From Treponemataceae bacterium (lineage in GTDB: Bacteria > Spirochaetota > Spirochaetia > Treponematales > Rectinemataceae), in NCBI GenBank assembly GCA_963678065.2, contig CAXXVZ010000003.1, positions 1,056,001 to 1,120,000 of the forward strand: a DNA stretch of 64,000 bases, given 5' to 3'. Both the position numbers and the translations under genes were made by a program. Below are positions 27,336-36,814 of the stretch, in pieces. Every line of letters begins with the position of its first letter. Within the stretch, counting starts at the first letter, position 1. Below the pieces are notes generated by a model. It worked only from the letters and a program-made list of their open reading frames with translations. It was not told the origin of the DNA and did not search any database.

Positions 27336-28688
27336 ATGAAAAAAGCGATCACTATCCTCATCGCCATCCTTTTCGCGCTTCCGCTCTTCGCCCAGGATGC
27401 CGGCCTTTTGCCTGATTCCTCGTCGGGATTCCAGGCCGGCATCAATCTCGGCTCCGATGTTCTGCCCACAGGCACGGGCGGGGCTCTCGAGAGCTGGACA
27501 CACCTCGGATTCACGCCTGACTTCGCGATCGGGAAATTCGGCATCGGACTGGACCTCAACATACGGTTTCAGCTCTACTCTTCGTCGACCCAGCCATTCA
27601 GGATCTATGAGGGCGACTGGATCCCTCCTGCGGGAAAAACCGTGTTCGACCTCTATCTGCCTAAAATCCTCTATGTGCGCTACGGTCTGCGCGGGATTGA
27701 TCCTCTCTACGTCAAACTGGGTTCGATAAAAGATTTCACTCTGGGCAACGGCTTCGTGGTCGGGGACTACTCCAACATGCGATTCCTGCCGGAAACCCGC
27801 ATGTTCGGGACCCAGCTGGGGATCGACGGCAGCCTCTTCGGCTTCCCCTACGCGGGCGTCGAACTGCTCACCGGCAACCTCGCCCGCTTCGACGTCATGG
27901 GCGGCCGCTTCTACCTGCGCCCCCTCGCCGGCACCGGCATCCCCATCCTCAAGGCCATGCAGCTCGGCGTCACCGGCGTCGTCGACATCGATCCCTACCT
28001 CTACAACATGCCCGACGGAGCCCCCGCAGGCAGCCCTGTCATGGTGCTCGGAGGGGATGTCACGGCGCCCCTCATCAGCGGGAGCATCTTCTCCCTCACC
28101 GCCCACGTGGATGGCGCCTACGAGCCCAACACCTCCATGGGATTCTCCACGGGCGTAGGAGGAAGGCTGATCGGCGTCTTCACCTACGACGCGGGACTCC
28201 GTCTCCTGCAGAAGGGATTCATTCCGACCTACTTCGACGAGAACTACGACATCTACAGGGCCAACAGGTACATCGTCATGAAAACTGTGGCTCCGGGCGA
28301 TTTCGTCCCCGGATGGCTCGCCGGCCTCGGCACCAGCCTCTTCAAGGACAAACTTTTCTTCAAGGTAACCCTCGACGGCCCCTTCTCCCCTATCCCGGCC
28401 ACGTCGACCGATCTCCAGGCCGACTACCCGCACGGGAAGGCAGTGCTCGGGCTCGGCGAGGGTGTGATTCCCAACATCTCATTCAGAGCATCGTACGAGA
28501 AATACTTCATCGGCAGGAAAACTACCTTCATGGCTGACCTCGTCGATCCGACGGACGCGATGGTCGGTCTGGCCGTCAGCTACAGGATCGGAGCCGCCGT
28601 CCTGACGCTCCAGTACGATGCGGTCTGGAATCCGACCACATCCGCTTTCGATATCCATTCCAGTCTCTTTACTTCGGTCAAATTCTGA
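27336..28688 (+). CDS. Secreted putative outer-membrane beta-barrel protein
   Basis: Signal peptide MKK...LFAQ, alternating aromatic/Gly strands, C-terminal Phe (TSVKF). Confidence 0.6.
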   Translation: MKKAITILIAILFALPLFAQDAGLLPDSSSGFQAGINLGSDVLPTGTGGALESWTHLGFTPDFAIGKFGIGLDLNIRFQLYSSSTQPFRIYEGDWIPPAGKTVFDLYLPKILYVRYGLRGIDPLYVKLGSIKDFTLGNGFVVGDYSNMRFLPETRMFGTQLGIDGSLFGFPYAGVELLTGNLARFDVMGGRFYLRPLAGTGIPILKAMQLGVTGVVDIDPYLYNMPDGAPAGSPVMVLGGDVTAPLISGSIFSLTAHVDGAYEPNTSMGFSTGVGGRLIGVFTYDAGLRLLQKGFIPTYFDENYDIYRANRYIVMKTVAPGDFVPGWLAGLGTSLFKDKLFFKVTLDGPFSPIPATSTDLQADYPHGKAVLGLGEGVIPNISFRASYEKYFIGRKTTFMADLVDPTDAMVGLAVSYRIGAAVLTLQYDAVWNPTTSAFDIHSSLFTSVKF

Positions 28689-28707
28689 CGGAAAACGGAG
28701 GCACACG

Positions 28708-30291
28708 ATGAAAAGGACCATATTGGCCGCATTCGCGGCGGCACTGATGCTTCCGGCTCTCCTGCCGGCCCAGACCCCCGGACCCGTGAGTCCCGGAGAG
28801 GCAGGAAGCATCATCGGTTCCGGACTCGGCAGCATGAGCGCGAAGGAGACCGGATCAGGCATCCTCAAGTGGTTCGGCGACATCATGGGCATGGAAGTCG
28901 GCACGATCATGATCAACGGCGTGAACTACTCCAAGCTCACCCTGACACCGGAAATCCGGATCGGCAGGCTCAAGCTCGGGCTCTACCTTCCGGTCATCTA
29001 CACCACGAACATCTTCGACCCCTCCGACTGGTACCATCCGGAAGGCAACGACGAGTGGTCCTTCGGCGGAGAATACTGGCAGACCGATCCTTACACGGCC
29101 GCGCTCGATGCCCTCTCCGACGTCGCGCTCAAGATCAAGTACCTCGAGTACGGCGAACAGCTCATCGATCCCTTCTTCGTCAAGATCGGCAATCTCGACA
29201 GCCTGACCATCGGGCATGGCCTTCTCATGAGCAACTACCGCAACAACACCGAGTTCCCGGCGGTCCGCAAGGTCGGATTCAACACGGGCATCGACTTAGG
29301 CGGTGCAGGTTTCGAGGCCCTCGTCAACGACCTCGCCCACCCGAGGCTCTTCGGCGCGAGACTCTACGTGAGGCCCATCCGCAACTTCAAGCTGGCCTTC
29401 GGCGCTTCGGCCGTCCTCGACACGAATCCGGGACGCGATCTCATCACGCCTCTCAACGATGTCGGCAACATGATGTTCCTGGGCGGCGGCCTCGACGCCG
29501 ACCTGCCCATCATCCAGGCAGGCGCTTTCTTCACCCTCAGGGTTTACGCGGGAGTCGCGGCGACCGTCCCCTGGGTCAGGGATGCCTTCGTCGGCCCCTC
29601 TGCCACGATCCAACCCGGACTCAAGTGGGATCTCGTCTGGAACAACGGCAAGCCCACCAACTGGGGCGCGTCCACCGGCCTCATGGGCAACATCCTCTTC
29701 CTGAAGTGGAAGGCCGAGTACCGCTACTTCACGGGACTCTTCAAGACTTCCTTCTTCGATTCACTCTACGAGAGAAACTCTGGCGTGGAGGCCCTGAACT
29801 ACGTGCCCTACCTGGACGGGACCAAGTCCATCGGAAACGCGCCGACATTCTCCGGCATCTTCGGCGAGGCCGGATTCGACATCTTCAAGGACAAGCTCGT
29901 CTTCACCGTCGGCTACCTGTGGCCCTTCACCCCTGGCCTCCCCATCACCACCTCCTCAGTCCTCGAAAACGACAAGCTCGAGGCCAGTCTCCGCGTGAAA
30001 AAGGGATTCATCCCCCTCATCGATGTCTCGGGAAGCGTGTATTACACGAGGCGGATGTTCGCGAAATCGATCCTGGACGGCGACTTCGCCTTCTTCGACA
30101 CGAATTCCATCCTGGCGGGCGAACTGGTTGTCCCCGTTCCCAAGACACCGAACCTCGATGTCGCTTTCATCTTCCAGACCGTGGTAGTGAGAGATGCGGA
30201 AGGCTTCGTGGTATACGTGGTTCCGCACGATCCGACCTCGGGCGTGAAAGTCAAACCGAGCATCGGCATCGAGACGCGGTACCATTTCTGA
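28708..30291 (+). CDS. Secreted putative outer-membrane beta-barrel protein, paralogue of the upstream gene
   Basis: Signal peptide MKRT...LPAQ; shared block KI.Y..YG....DP..VK.G.....T.G.G.....Y.N....P..R..G; ends ETRYHF. Confidence 0.6.
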   Translation: MKRTILAAFAAALMLPALLPAQTPGPVSPGEAGSIIGSGLGSMSAKETGSGILKWFGDIMGMEVGTIMINGVNYSKLTLTPEIRIGRLKLGLYLPVIYTTNIFDPSDWYHPEGNDEWSFGGEYWQTDPYTAALDALSDVALKIKYLEYGEQLIDPFFVKIGNLDSLTIGHGLLMSNYRNNTEFPAVRKVGFNTGIDLGGAGFEALVNDLAHPRLFGARLYVRPIRNFKLAFGASAVLDTNPGRDLITPLNDVGNMMFLGGGLDADLPIIQAGAFFTLRVYAGVAATVPWVRDAFVGPSATIQPGLKWDLVWNNGKPTNWGASTGLMGNILFLKWKAEYRYFTGLFKTSFFDSLYERNSGVEALNYVPYLDGTKSIGNAPTFSGIFGEAGFDIFKDKLVFTVGYLWPFTPGLPITTSSVLENDKLEASLRVKKGFIPLIDVSGSVYYTRRMFAKSILDGDFAFFDTNSILAGELVVPVPKTPNLDVAFIFQTVVVRDAEGFVVYVVPHDPTSGVKVKPSIGIETRYHF

Positions 30292-30313
30292 TCCGGAACG
30301 GCAACGAGGCGAC

Positions 30314-32161
30314 ATGGCCCGCATCAAAGTGCTACCCCCCGAAACGGCCCGCCTCATCGCCGCCGGCGAGGTCATAGACCGCCCGGCGGCCGCGCTCCGC
30401 GAACTCCTCGACAACGCCCTCGATTCGGAAGCCTCCGAAATCGAGGTGCAGGTCGAGAACGGCGGAATCGGCCTTATCTGTGTGATCGACAATGGCCAGG
30501 GAATGGATCGCGAGGATCTGGCCATGTCGATCCTGCCCCACGCCACATCCAAAATCTCAAACGCAGATGACCTTCTCACCGCGAGGACCCTCGGTTTCAG
30601 GGGCGAAGCGCTCGCATCCATAGCGGCGGCCGCCAGGCTCGAAATCGTCTCGAAGCAAGCCGGATCGCCCGCGGCCGCCAGGCTCCTCGCCGGGCCGGGA
30701 ATGGAGACCTCGGTCCAGCCGGTCGCGGGGCGGCAGGGAACATCGGTCACGGTTTCGGGCATCTTCGAGCGCTATCCCGCCCGCAGGCAGTTTCTCAAGC
30801 GTCCCCAGTCCGAGGCGGCGCTCTGCCGCCAGATATTCGCGGACAAGGCCCTCGCCCACCCCCAGGTTCGCTTCCGCTGGATCTCCGGTTCGTCGCGCGA
30901 AACCGCGACGCCTCAATCCCGATCCCGCAGGGTCTGCGACTTCCATCCGGAGATCCCTTTCTCCCTCGTCCACGAGATCAGGTTCTCGGGTAAAGGCTTT
31001 TCCGGCGAGATCGTCCTCTGCGGTCCCTCCTTCCACCGCACAGACAGACGCCTCCTCCAGGTTTTCGTGAACCGCAGGCGCGTCCAGGAGTGGGGACTCT
31101 CGGGAGCGGTCGAGCACGCGTTCTCGGGCTATCTTCCGGGCGGCATGAGGCCCTGCGCCTTCGTCTTCGTGGAGGTCGACCCATCTCTCGCTGACTTCAA
31201 CATCCATCCGGCCAAGCGGGAAGTCCGGTTCAGGAATCCCGACGAGATCCGCCACGCGATCATTTCGGCCATCCAGTCTTTCCTCGCGAGTCTTGCCCGG
31301 ATTCATCCGGAAGAGACTAACCTCTACCGGAACCAGGATCTCGCCCTTGAAAACCTGACACCCGATTCCTGGCAAAGCCGCGGGGAAGACTGCGCGGAAG
31401 AGGGGTGGAAGACCGCCCCCGCCACTCCAGACGGCGTCGGATTGCCGCGCGCTCGCGAGCGCAGCTGGGAACCCGAGCACAGCTGGAAGGATTACCTGGG
31501 GGCGGGATCAAGCCTCTCTCCCTTTCCCCGGCAGACATCCCCCGCGCAGGAGCAGGTATTTGCGGACGGCGTGGAAGCCCCAGGAGAGACGGAAAAGGAC
31601 GGAAGACCTGGAGGACGAAGGTTCAGATACCTCGGACAGGCCCTCGGACCCTTCCTCATTTTCGAGCTCGATGGCTTTCTCTACCTCCTCGACCAGCACG
31701 CGGCCCACGAACGGATCCTCTACGACAGGCTCTGCGCGGGCAGCATCGAGGTCCAGCCTCTCCTCGTTCCCCACCTGCTCGAGCCCGAGGACGAGAACCG
31801 CGACCTCCTCATCGGAGAGATGCGGTCCGAACTCGGGGCCGCGGGCTTCGGGCTTGCCCGCAGCGACGGAGCGTGGATACTCGAGTCGGTCCCGTCCATA
31901 CTCGGGGACAAGGCCTTCGGCCTCCTCGCCGAGATCATCGCCGATGGCAGCCGGGACGCCTTCCGGGGCCTGCGCGCGACCATGGCGTGCAGGGCTGCCG
32001 TGAAGGATGGGGACATTCTCGACAGAAACGCCGCCGAGGAGCTCATCGGCATGGCGCTCGGACTGCCGGACCCACACTGTCCCCACGGCCGCCCGGTCTG
32101 GACCCGTTTTTCCCGCGACCAACTCTACAGGCTCGTGGGAAGGATCGTGCAGGCCTCATGA
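30314..32161 (+). CDS. mutL: DNA mismatch repair protein MutL
   Basis: IAAGEVIDRP, DNG.GM, HATSKI, GFRGEAL, DQHAAHER, ACR, CPHGRP. Confidence 0.96.
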   Translation: MARIKVLPPETARLIAAGEVIDRPAAALRELLDNALDSEASEIEVQVENGGIGLICVIDNGQGMDREDLAMSILPHATSKISNADDLLTARTLGFRGEALASIAAAARLEIVSKQAGSPAAARLLAGPGMETSVQPVAGRQGTSVTVSGIFERYPARRQFLKRPQSEAALCRQIFADKALAHPQVRFRWISGSSRETATPQSRSRRVCDFHPEIPFSLVHEIRFSGKGFSGEIVLCGPSFHRTDRRLLQVFVNRRRVQEWGLSGAVEHAFSGYLPGGMRPCAFVFVEVDPSLADFNIHPAKREVRFRNPDEIRHAIISAIQSFLASLARIHPEETNLYRNQDLALENLTPDSWQSRGEDCAEEGWKTAPATPDGVGLPRARERSWEPEHSWKDYLGAGSSLSPFPRQTSPAQEQVFADGVEAPGETEKDGRPGGRRFRYLGQALGPFLIFELDGFLYLLDQHAAHERILYDRLCAGSIEVQPLLVPHLLEPEDENRDLLIGEMRSELGAAGFGLARSDGAWILESVPSILGDKAFGLLAEIIADGSRDAFRGLRATMACRAAVKDGDILDRNAAEELIGMALGLPDPHCPHGRPVWTRFSRDQLYRLVGRIVQAS

Positions 32162-32817
32162 AAATCCTCTGCGTATCCGACCAGATCGACCCCATCGTCT
32201 ACTCGACCCGGATGCGCGAGCGCTTTTCCGACGTCGATTTCGTGCTTTCGGCCGGCGATCTGCCGATGGAGTACATCGGATTCATCGCTTCCATGCTCAA
32301 TAAGCCCGTGCTCTACGTCGCGGGCAACCACGACAGGAAAAAGCGCTCCCCTGCAGACGGTCTGCCCGGTTTCGCGCCGATCGAACTCGCCCCGGGAGAC
32401 TCGGGGGCCACCGACATCGGGTTCAAGGTGGCCAAGGAGAGCGGCCTCATCATCATGGGAGTGCCGGGCTCCATACTGTACAACGGGGGAGACAACCAGT
32501 ACAGCGAAGGCGCGATGGCCTTCCACCTGGCCCTCCTCGTCCCGCGCCTTGCCTGGAACAGGATCGTCCACGGCAGGGCCGTGGACATCGTCCTCACTCA
32601 TTCTCCCCCCAAGGGGATACACGATCGCGAGGATCACTGCCACCGGGGATTCGCCTCCCTGCTGTGGCTCATCAATTTCGCGAAGCCACGATGGTTCGTG
32701 CACGGGCATGTACACCTCTACGACCTGAGCGATGTCCGCGTGAGCAGGCTCGGCCCGACGACCATCATCAATGCCTTCAGCTACTGGATCATCGATACCG
32801 AAGGGGAAAACCAGTGA
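32158..32817 (+). CDS. Calcineurin-like metallophosphoesterase
   Basis: VSD, AGDL, GNHD, THSPP, HGHVH; ATGA-coupled to mutL. Confidence 0.88.
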   Translation: MKILCVSDQIDPIVYSTRMRERFSDVDFVLSAGDLPMEYIGFIASMLNKPVLYVAGNHDRKKRSPADGLPGFAPIELAPGDSGATDIGFKVAKESGLIIMGVPGSILYNGGDNQYSEGAMAFHLALLVPRLAWNRIVHGRAVDIVLTHSPPKGIHDREDHCHRGFASLLWLINFAKPRWFVHGHVHLYDLSDVRVSRLGPTTIINAFSYWIIDTEGENQ

Positions 32818-33773
32818 ATCAATGGTATGAAAGCCAGGCCGACGGTGACTTTCTCCGCGCCCGCACGCTCGAGCTGCTCGGAAGGATCTCCGACATCCTG
32901 ACCCTCTCGAAGCACGAACTTCTTCCCCTCGAAGATGTTCTCTCCATCCTGAAACCGACGAACGAGACCTACCAGGGAATGCAGACTGTCCCCATCGACC
33001 TCATCGTAGGCAGCGAGGGACGGTACCGCGATTTCAACGGCCATTTTCTGCCGAGGCGCGAGCACCTGCGCGCGCGCTGGGTCAAAGTGAATATGGCCCA
33101 CTACGAAGACATCATCCTGCCTCCGGTCAAGCTCTACGAAATCGGCGGCGTCTACTTCGTGAGGGATGGGAACCACCGCGTCTCGGTGGCGAAACTCCGT
33201 GGACAGATGGCCATCGACGCAGAGGTGACGAGGCTGAGTTCCGAAATCGGGTTGAAACCCGGGATGAGCCTCGAGGAGATGCGGCAAGTCCTCCTCGCCT
33301 ATGAAAAAAGAATGTTCTACCTCAAGACCGAATACGATCTCATCACCGGAGAGCAGGATCTCGAATTCTCGACCCCCGGGCGTTTCGACACCATCTACGA
33401 ACACATCCTCGTCCACAAGTATTTCATCAACCAGAACCAGGCGGAGGAGCTCGACTTCGGGGCGGCTCTCCTCTCATGGCACCAGAACGTGTATAAGCCC
33501 ATCGTAGAGGCTATCCGGGAAAACGGACTCCTCGCCCGATTTCCGGGCAGGACAGCCTCCGATCTCTATGTGTTCATCTCGGCCCACTGGAACGAGTTGA
33601 AGGCGAAGTACGGCATCGGATTCGGAATCGACGAGGCAGCCCTGGATTTCAAGGAAAAGTTCGGTTCGGGCTACCGCGAGAGGATGGCCAAATCGCTCAG
33701 AAAACTCGGAGCCACGATCCGCAGTTTTTTAAGGCCACGTACCCTGAACGGGAACAGGAAGAAAAGAACCTGA
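32814..33773 (+). CDS. ParB/Srx-like N-terminal domain protein (DUF4032-like)
   Basis: I..IVGSEGRY.DF...F.P, LPPV.LY....YFV.DGNHRVSVA, C-terminal W...VY.P.V and FPGRT..DLY; GTGA-coupled. Confidence 0.75.
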   Translation: MNQWYESQADGDFLRARTLELLGRISDILTLSKHELLPLEDVLSILKPTNETYQGMQTVPIDLIVGSEGRYRDFNGHFLPRREHLRARWVKVNMAHYEDIILPPVKLYEIGGVYFVRDGNHRVSVAKLRGQMAIDAEVTRLSSEIGLKPGMSLEEMRQVLLAYEKRMFYLKTEYDLITGEQDLEFSTPGRFDTIYEHILVHKYFINQNQAEELDFGAALLSWHQNVYKPIVEAIRENGLLARFPGRTASDLYVFISAHWNELKAKYGIGFGIDEAALDFKEKFGSGYRERMAKSLRKLGATIRSFLRPRTLNGNRKKRT

Positions 33774-33921
33774 TGTGAACGGGGCCCTGGAATTCTCTGG
33801 ATTCCGGTGGATGTTTTTTGGCGGTTTGTACACCGATTTGTGTAACCTTCCGGAAGCGGATGCATTATCATCAATGTACACGGCGACGGACGTGATACAC
33901 TCTCTGCTTTCCATTTCAGTG

Positions 33922-33961
33922 CGCTTCCGGGGCATCCTCCTTCCCCGGGAGCGTTTTTTTT
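33922..33961 (+). terminator. Intrinsic terminator with anti-SD-containing loop
   Basis: CGCTTCCGGGG-CATCCTCCTT-CCCCGGGAGCG-T8. Confidence 0.8.
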
Positions 33962-33999
33962 ATCCGAGAGTGCCGCCCTAGGGATCAGCGCAAAACGGA

Positions 34000-34029
34000 T
34001 TGACAATACCTTCCTTCCTTCAGTATCTT
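34000..34029 (+). promoter_or_regulatory. Putative sigma-70 promoter of the small zinc-ribbon gene
   Basis: TTGACA-18-TATCTT. Confidence 0.6.
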
Positions 34030-34055
34030 TGCTCAGATAATTCAAGGAGTCATCC

Positions 34056-34226
34056 ATGGCAGCGGTATCGAAGAACTCCCGTACGACGAGCTCGACGCAA
34101 CGTTTCTATTGCCCTTGCGGTGGCGAGGTCAAGATGAAGACGCTTTTTGAGAACGGCAAGATCCGGAACATGGCCGAATGCGAGAAGTGCAAGCGGACTG
34201 AGCGCAGGCCGAGCGATTTCAACTGA
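34056..34226 (+). CDS. Small (56 aa) basic CxC...CxxC zinc-ribbon protein, not in the ORF track
   Basis: AAGGAG RBS; MAAVSKNSRTTSSTQRFYCPCGGEVKMKTLFENGKIRNMAECEKCKRTERRPSDFN; own promoter and terminator. Confidence 0.8.
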   Translation: MAAVSKNSRTTSSTQRFYCPCGGEVKMKTLFENGKIRNMAECEKCKRTERRPSDFN

Positions 34227-34245
34227 GATCGCTCCACTATGATTG

Positions 34246-34274
34246 AAACCGACCCGTTTTGGGTCGGTTTTTTT
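34246..34274 (+). terminator. Intrinsic terminator
   Basis: AAACCGACCC-GTTTT-GGGTCGGTTT followed by T run. Confidence 0.85.
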
Positions 34275-34326
34275 ATCGACTCGACCGCAGCACGCGCTCT
34301 GCCCCGCCGCGGAATGCAAAACGCAC

Positions 34327-35079
34327 TCAGCCGCCCCGCATCTCGTCGAGCGAGCGGGCGATTATAGCCCGGCAGCGCTCGAGGGCATCCAGGGTCTCCC
34401 GCCTCCCCACCGGAGCGGGCAGGACGGCCTCGAAACGCACCCGGTACGGCACCGTGCCAAAGGACGAGAAAAAGGACTTGAGCGTCACGGACTGCCAGCC
34501 GCCGTCCACAGTCGCGACGACGATGGGGAGGCTTTCCACCTCGAGCACCTTTCTGACTCCGGCCGAATGAAACTCGCCGAGAGCACCTGTGCGCGAGCGG
34601 GTCCCTTCGGGAAACACCATCGGACAGGTGTTCTCTCGGGCACAGCGTTTGGCAAAAGCGGTCACGAGGCGCATCGACTCGATGGGGTCGCCCGTCCGTT
34701 TCACGAGACAATGCCCCTGGAGACGCAACAGCATGGAAATCAGGGGAACACCCCATCTGAGCTCCTGTTTGGCCAGAAAGCGGGCGCTTCTTCCCGGAGG
34801 CATGAGCTTCATCATTATGGGGATATCGAGCAGACTTTGGTGATTTGCGACAAGGAGGAAGCGTTCAGGAAGATCCACACTTATCCTGTTCTCGATGGCT
34901 AAGTTGAAATGCCGGTACGCGCTGAAGGTCGAAAAAATGACGCTGACAGCTTTTGCCGCGTAGGTTTCGCATACGGCATTCATCCCTCTCCTGTCCAGAA
35001 AGAGAATTCGGATCGAGAGGAGAATCTCGAACCACAGGAAGGCCGACAGGATCGCAACGACGATGATGAAGTTGAGCAT
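34327..35079 (-). CDS. plsC: 1-acyl-sn-glycerol-3-phosphate acyltransferase
   Basis: NHQSLLD, FLAKQEL, FPEGTRS; N-terminal TM segment. Confidence 0.88.
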   Translation of the reverse strand: MLNFIIVVAILSAFLWFEILLSIRILFLDRRGMNAVCETYAAKAVSVIFSTFSAYRHFNLAIENRISVDLPERFLLVANHQSLLDIPIMMKLMPPGRSARFLAKQELRWGVPLISMLLRLQGHCLVKRTGDPIESMRLVTAFAKRCARENTCPMVFPEGTRSRTGALGEFHSAGVRKVLEVESLPIVVATVDGGWQSVTLKSFFSSFGTVPYRVRFEAVLPAPVGRRETLDALERCRAIIARSLDEMRGG

Positions 35080-35144
35080 CTGGTTACCGCTGCAGATGCT
35101 TATACTACGGAATGACTTCCCTGTGAAGTCGCTCTCCGGGAGTA

Positions 35145-35174
35145 TTGACATGGGGAAGGTCGATCTGGTAATTT
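35145..35174 (+). promoter_or_regulatory. Putative rpsT promoter
   Basis: TTGACA-18-TAATTT with extended TGn. Confidence 0.5.
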
Positions 35175-35245
35175 TTATGGCGATCGCCGAGTCAGGGTAT
35201 CGGCAGCTACAATACAGGGCTACGTTATAGTGGAGGGTAATTCCT

Positions 35246-35515
35246 TTGGATACCAAGTATACATCAGCAGAAAAACGCCAGAAGCAGAGCGAAAAGCGCC
35301 GGATCCGCAATAAGAGCGAAAAAAGCGCCATCCGCTCCACCGCAAAGAAGATCCTCGTTGCGGCGCAGGCCAGCGACAAGGCAGCGGCCGAAACGGCCCT
35401 TCTTCAAATGATCAGCAAGATCGACTCTGCAGCGCGCAAGGGCATCGTGAAGAAGAACGCCGCCGCCCGCAAAAAGTCCCGCATGCAGAAACTCGTCAAC
35501 GCTCTGGGCAAGTGA
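35246..35515 (+). CDS. rpsT: 30S ribosomal protein S20 (TTG start)
   Basis: SAEKR..Q.EKRR.RN...KS, ID.AARKG..KKN.AARKKSR. Confidence 0.95.
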   Translation: MDTKYTSAEKRQKQSEKRRIRNKSEKSAIRSTAKKILVAAQASDKAAAETALLQMISKIDSAARKGIVKKNAAARKKSRMQKLVNALGK

Positions 35516-35627
35516 TCTGCCCCCGTCGCCTGCCTTAATACGACAGCCCTTATAACCAATATCGTCTGTCACGATATCGCCGGTCGCTTGGTCGATCGGC
35601 GCAACTTTTTTACGGAGTCAGGGCACT

Positions 35628-35963
35628 ATGGCTGGAAAAATCACGAAAGCAGAACTGATCGAGGCGCTGCACGAGAGCAGTTCCCTCAATCGTAAAGAGA
35701 TCCATTCACTCATCGATTCCCTTTTCGAGGAAATCAAGAACGCCGTGCTCACCGGCAAAACCGTAGAGCTGCGCGGATTCGGCACCTTCGAGGTCAAGCT
35801 CCGCAAAGGGCGCAAGCGCGCGCGCAATCCGAAAACCGGCGAAATCGTTTCGGTCGAGGATCATGGCGTGGCGGCCTTCCGGCCCGGACGGGAGCTGAAA
35901 AAGGCATCCTGGGCGCTCAAGCCCGAAGACATAAACGGCAGCTCTCCTTCCGCTGCGGAGTGA
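35628..35963 (+). CDS. HU/IHF family DNA-binding protein (Hbb-like)
   Basis: TKAELI, VELRGFGTFEV..RK.R..ARNPKTGE, FRPG.ELK. Confidence 0.93.
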   Translation: MAGKITKAELIEALHESSSLNRKEIHSLIDSLFEEIKNAVLTGKTVELRGFGTFEVKLRKGRKRARNPKTGEIVSVEDHGVAAFRPGRELKKASWALKPEDINGSSPSAAE

Positions 35964-36078
35964 TGTGGGCGGCACGAATCTGGCCCGACAATGTCGGGTC
36001 GGATTTTTGTGCTTTATTGACAACTCCGCGGTACTGTGGAACAATGAATCCAGCATCCGGATATAACCGGATGGGAGG

Positions 36079-36795
36079 ATGGTTGCTCCGGTGAATTCAG
36101 AAAGCAAAAAAAGAATATTGATCGCCGACGACGAGAGGATCAACCTCGAGTTTTTCGACGTGATGCTCGCCAATCTTGGATTTGAAGTAAAAACCGCCGA
36201 TAATGGAATCGATTGCCTCGAGATTCTCTCCAGATGGAGACCCGACCTCATCCTCGTAGACAACGTCATGCCCCGGCTTTCCGGCTGGGAAGTCACGAAG
36301 AGAGTCAGGACTGATCCGGAATATGCCGAAATCGCCGATGTTCCCATCATCATGTTTTCGGCCATGGACGACGTCAAGGACAAGGTCGAGGGGCTGGAAC
36401 TCGGGGCTGACGACTACATCACGAAACCCTTCCACTTCACCGAGGTGCTCGCGCGCATGCGAGCCCTTCTCAGGACGCGGGAACTCGTCGGCCAGATCGA
36501 GAGGCGGGAAGCGCGGATCCAGGTGGCCGAGGATATAGCCGGACACGTGATAGCCTTCGCTGACAGTCTTCGCACGCCTCTGGCGGCCCTGGCCGAGGAA
36601 GCGACCCTCATCCTCCCCGAATGCAGCACGGCGGCGGACTTCGTCCAAAAAGCCCTCAAGGAAGTGACCGCGGCCCTCTCCAGACTTGAAACCCTCGACG
36701 AGGCGGTCTCGATGCTGAGGCAGCAGGCGGAAGAGATCAAGCGGGAAGAGACATCCCTCCCTGCGCTCAAAAAAAAGATATCGACAGCGCCCTGA
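36079..36795 (+). CDS. Response regulator (receiver domain plus coiled-coil)
   Basis: ILIADDE, PDLILVD..MP, GADDYITKPF. Confidence 0.88.
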   Translation: MVAPVNSESKKRILIADDERINLEFFDVMLANLGFEVKTADNGIDCLEILSRWRPDLILVDNVMPRLSGWEVTKRVRTDPEYAEIADVPIIMFSAMDDVKDKVEGLELGADDYITKPFHFTEVLARMRALLRTRELVGQIERREARIQVAEDIAGHVIAFADSLRTPLAALAEEATLILPECSTAADFVQKALKEVTAALSRLETLDEAVSMLRQQAEEIKREETSLPALKKKISTAP

Positions 36796-36814
36796 CGGGC
36801 TGTCGATTCACTCG

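Noticed and set aside
33729..33935. 68-aa minus-strand ORF preceded by AAGGAGG
   Set aside because: The SD abuts the ATG with no spacer, it overlaps the upstream gene antisense, and the peptide has no recognisable features
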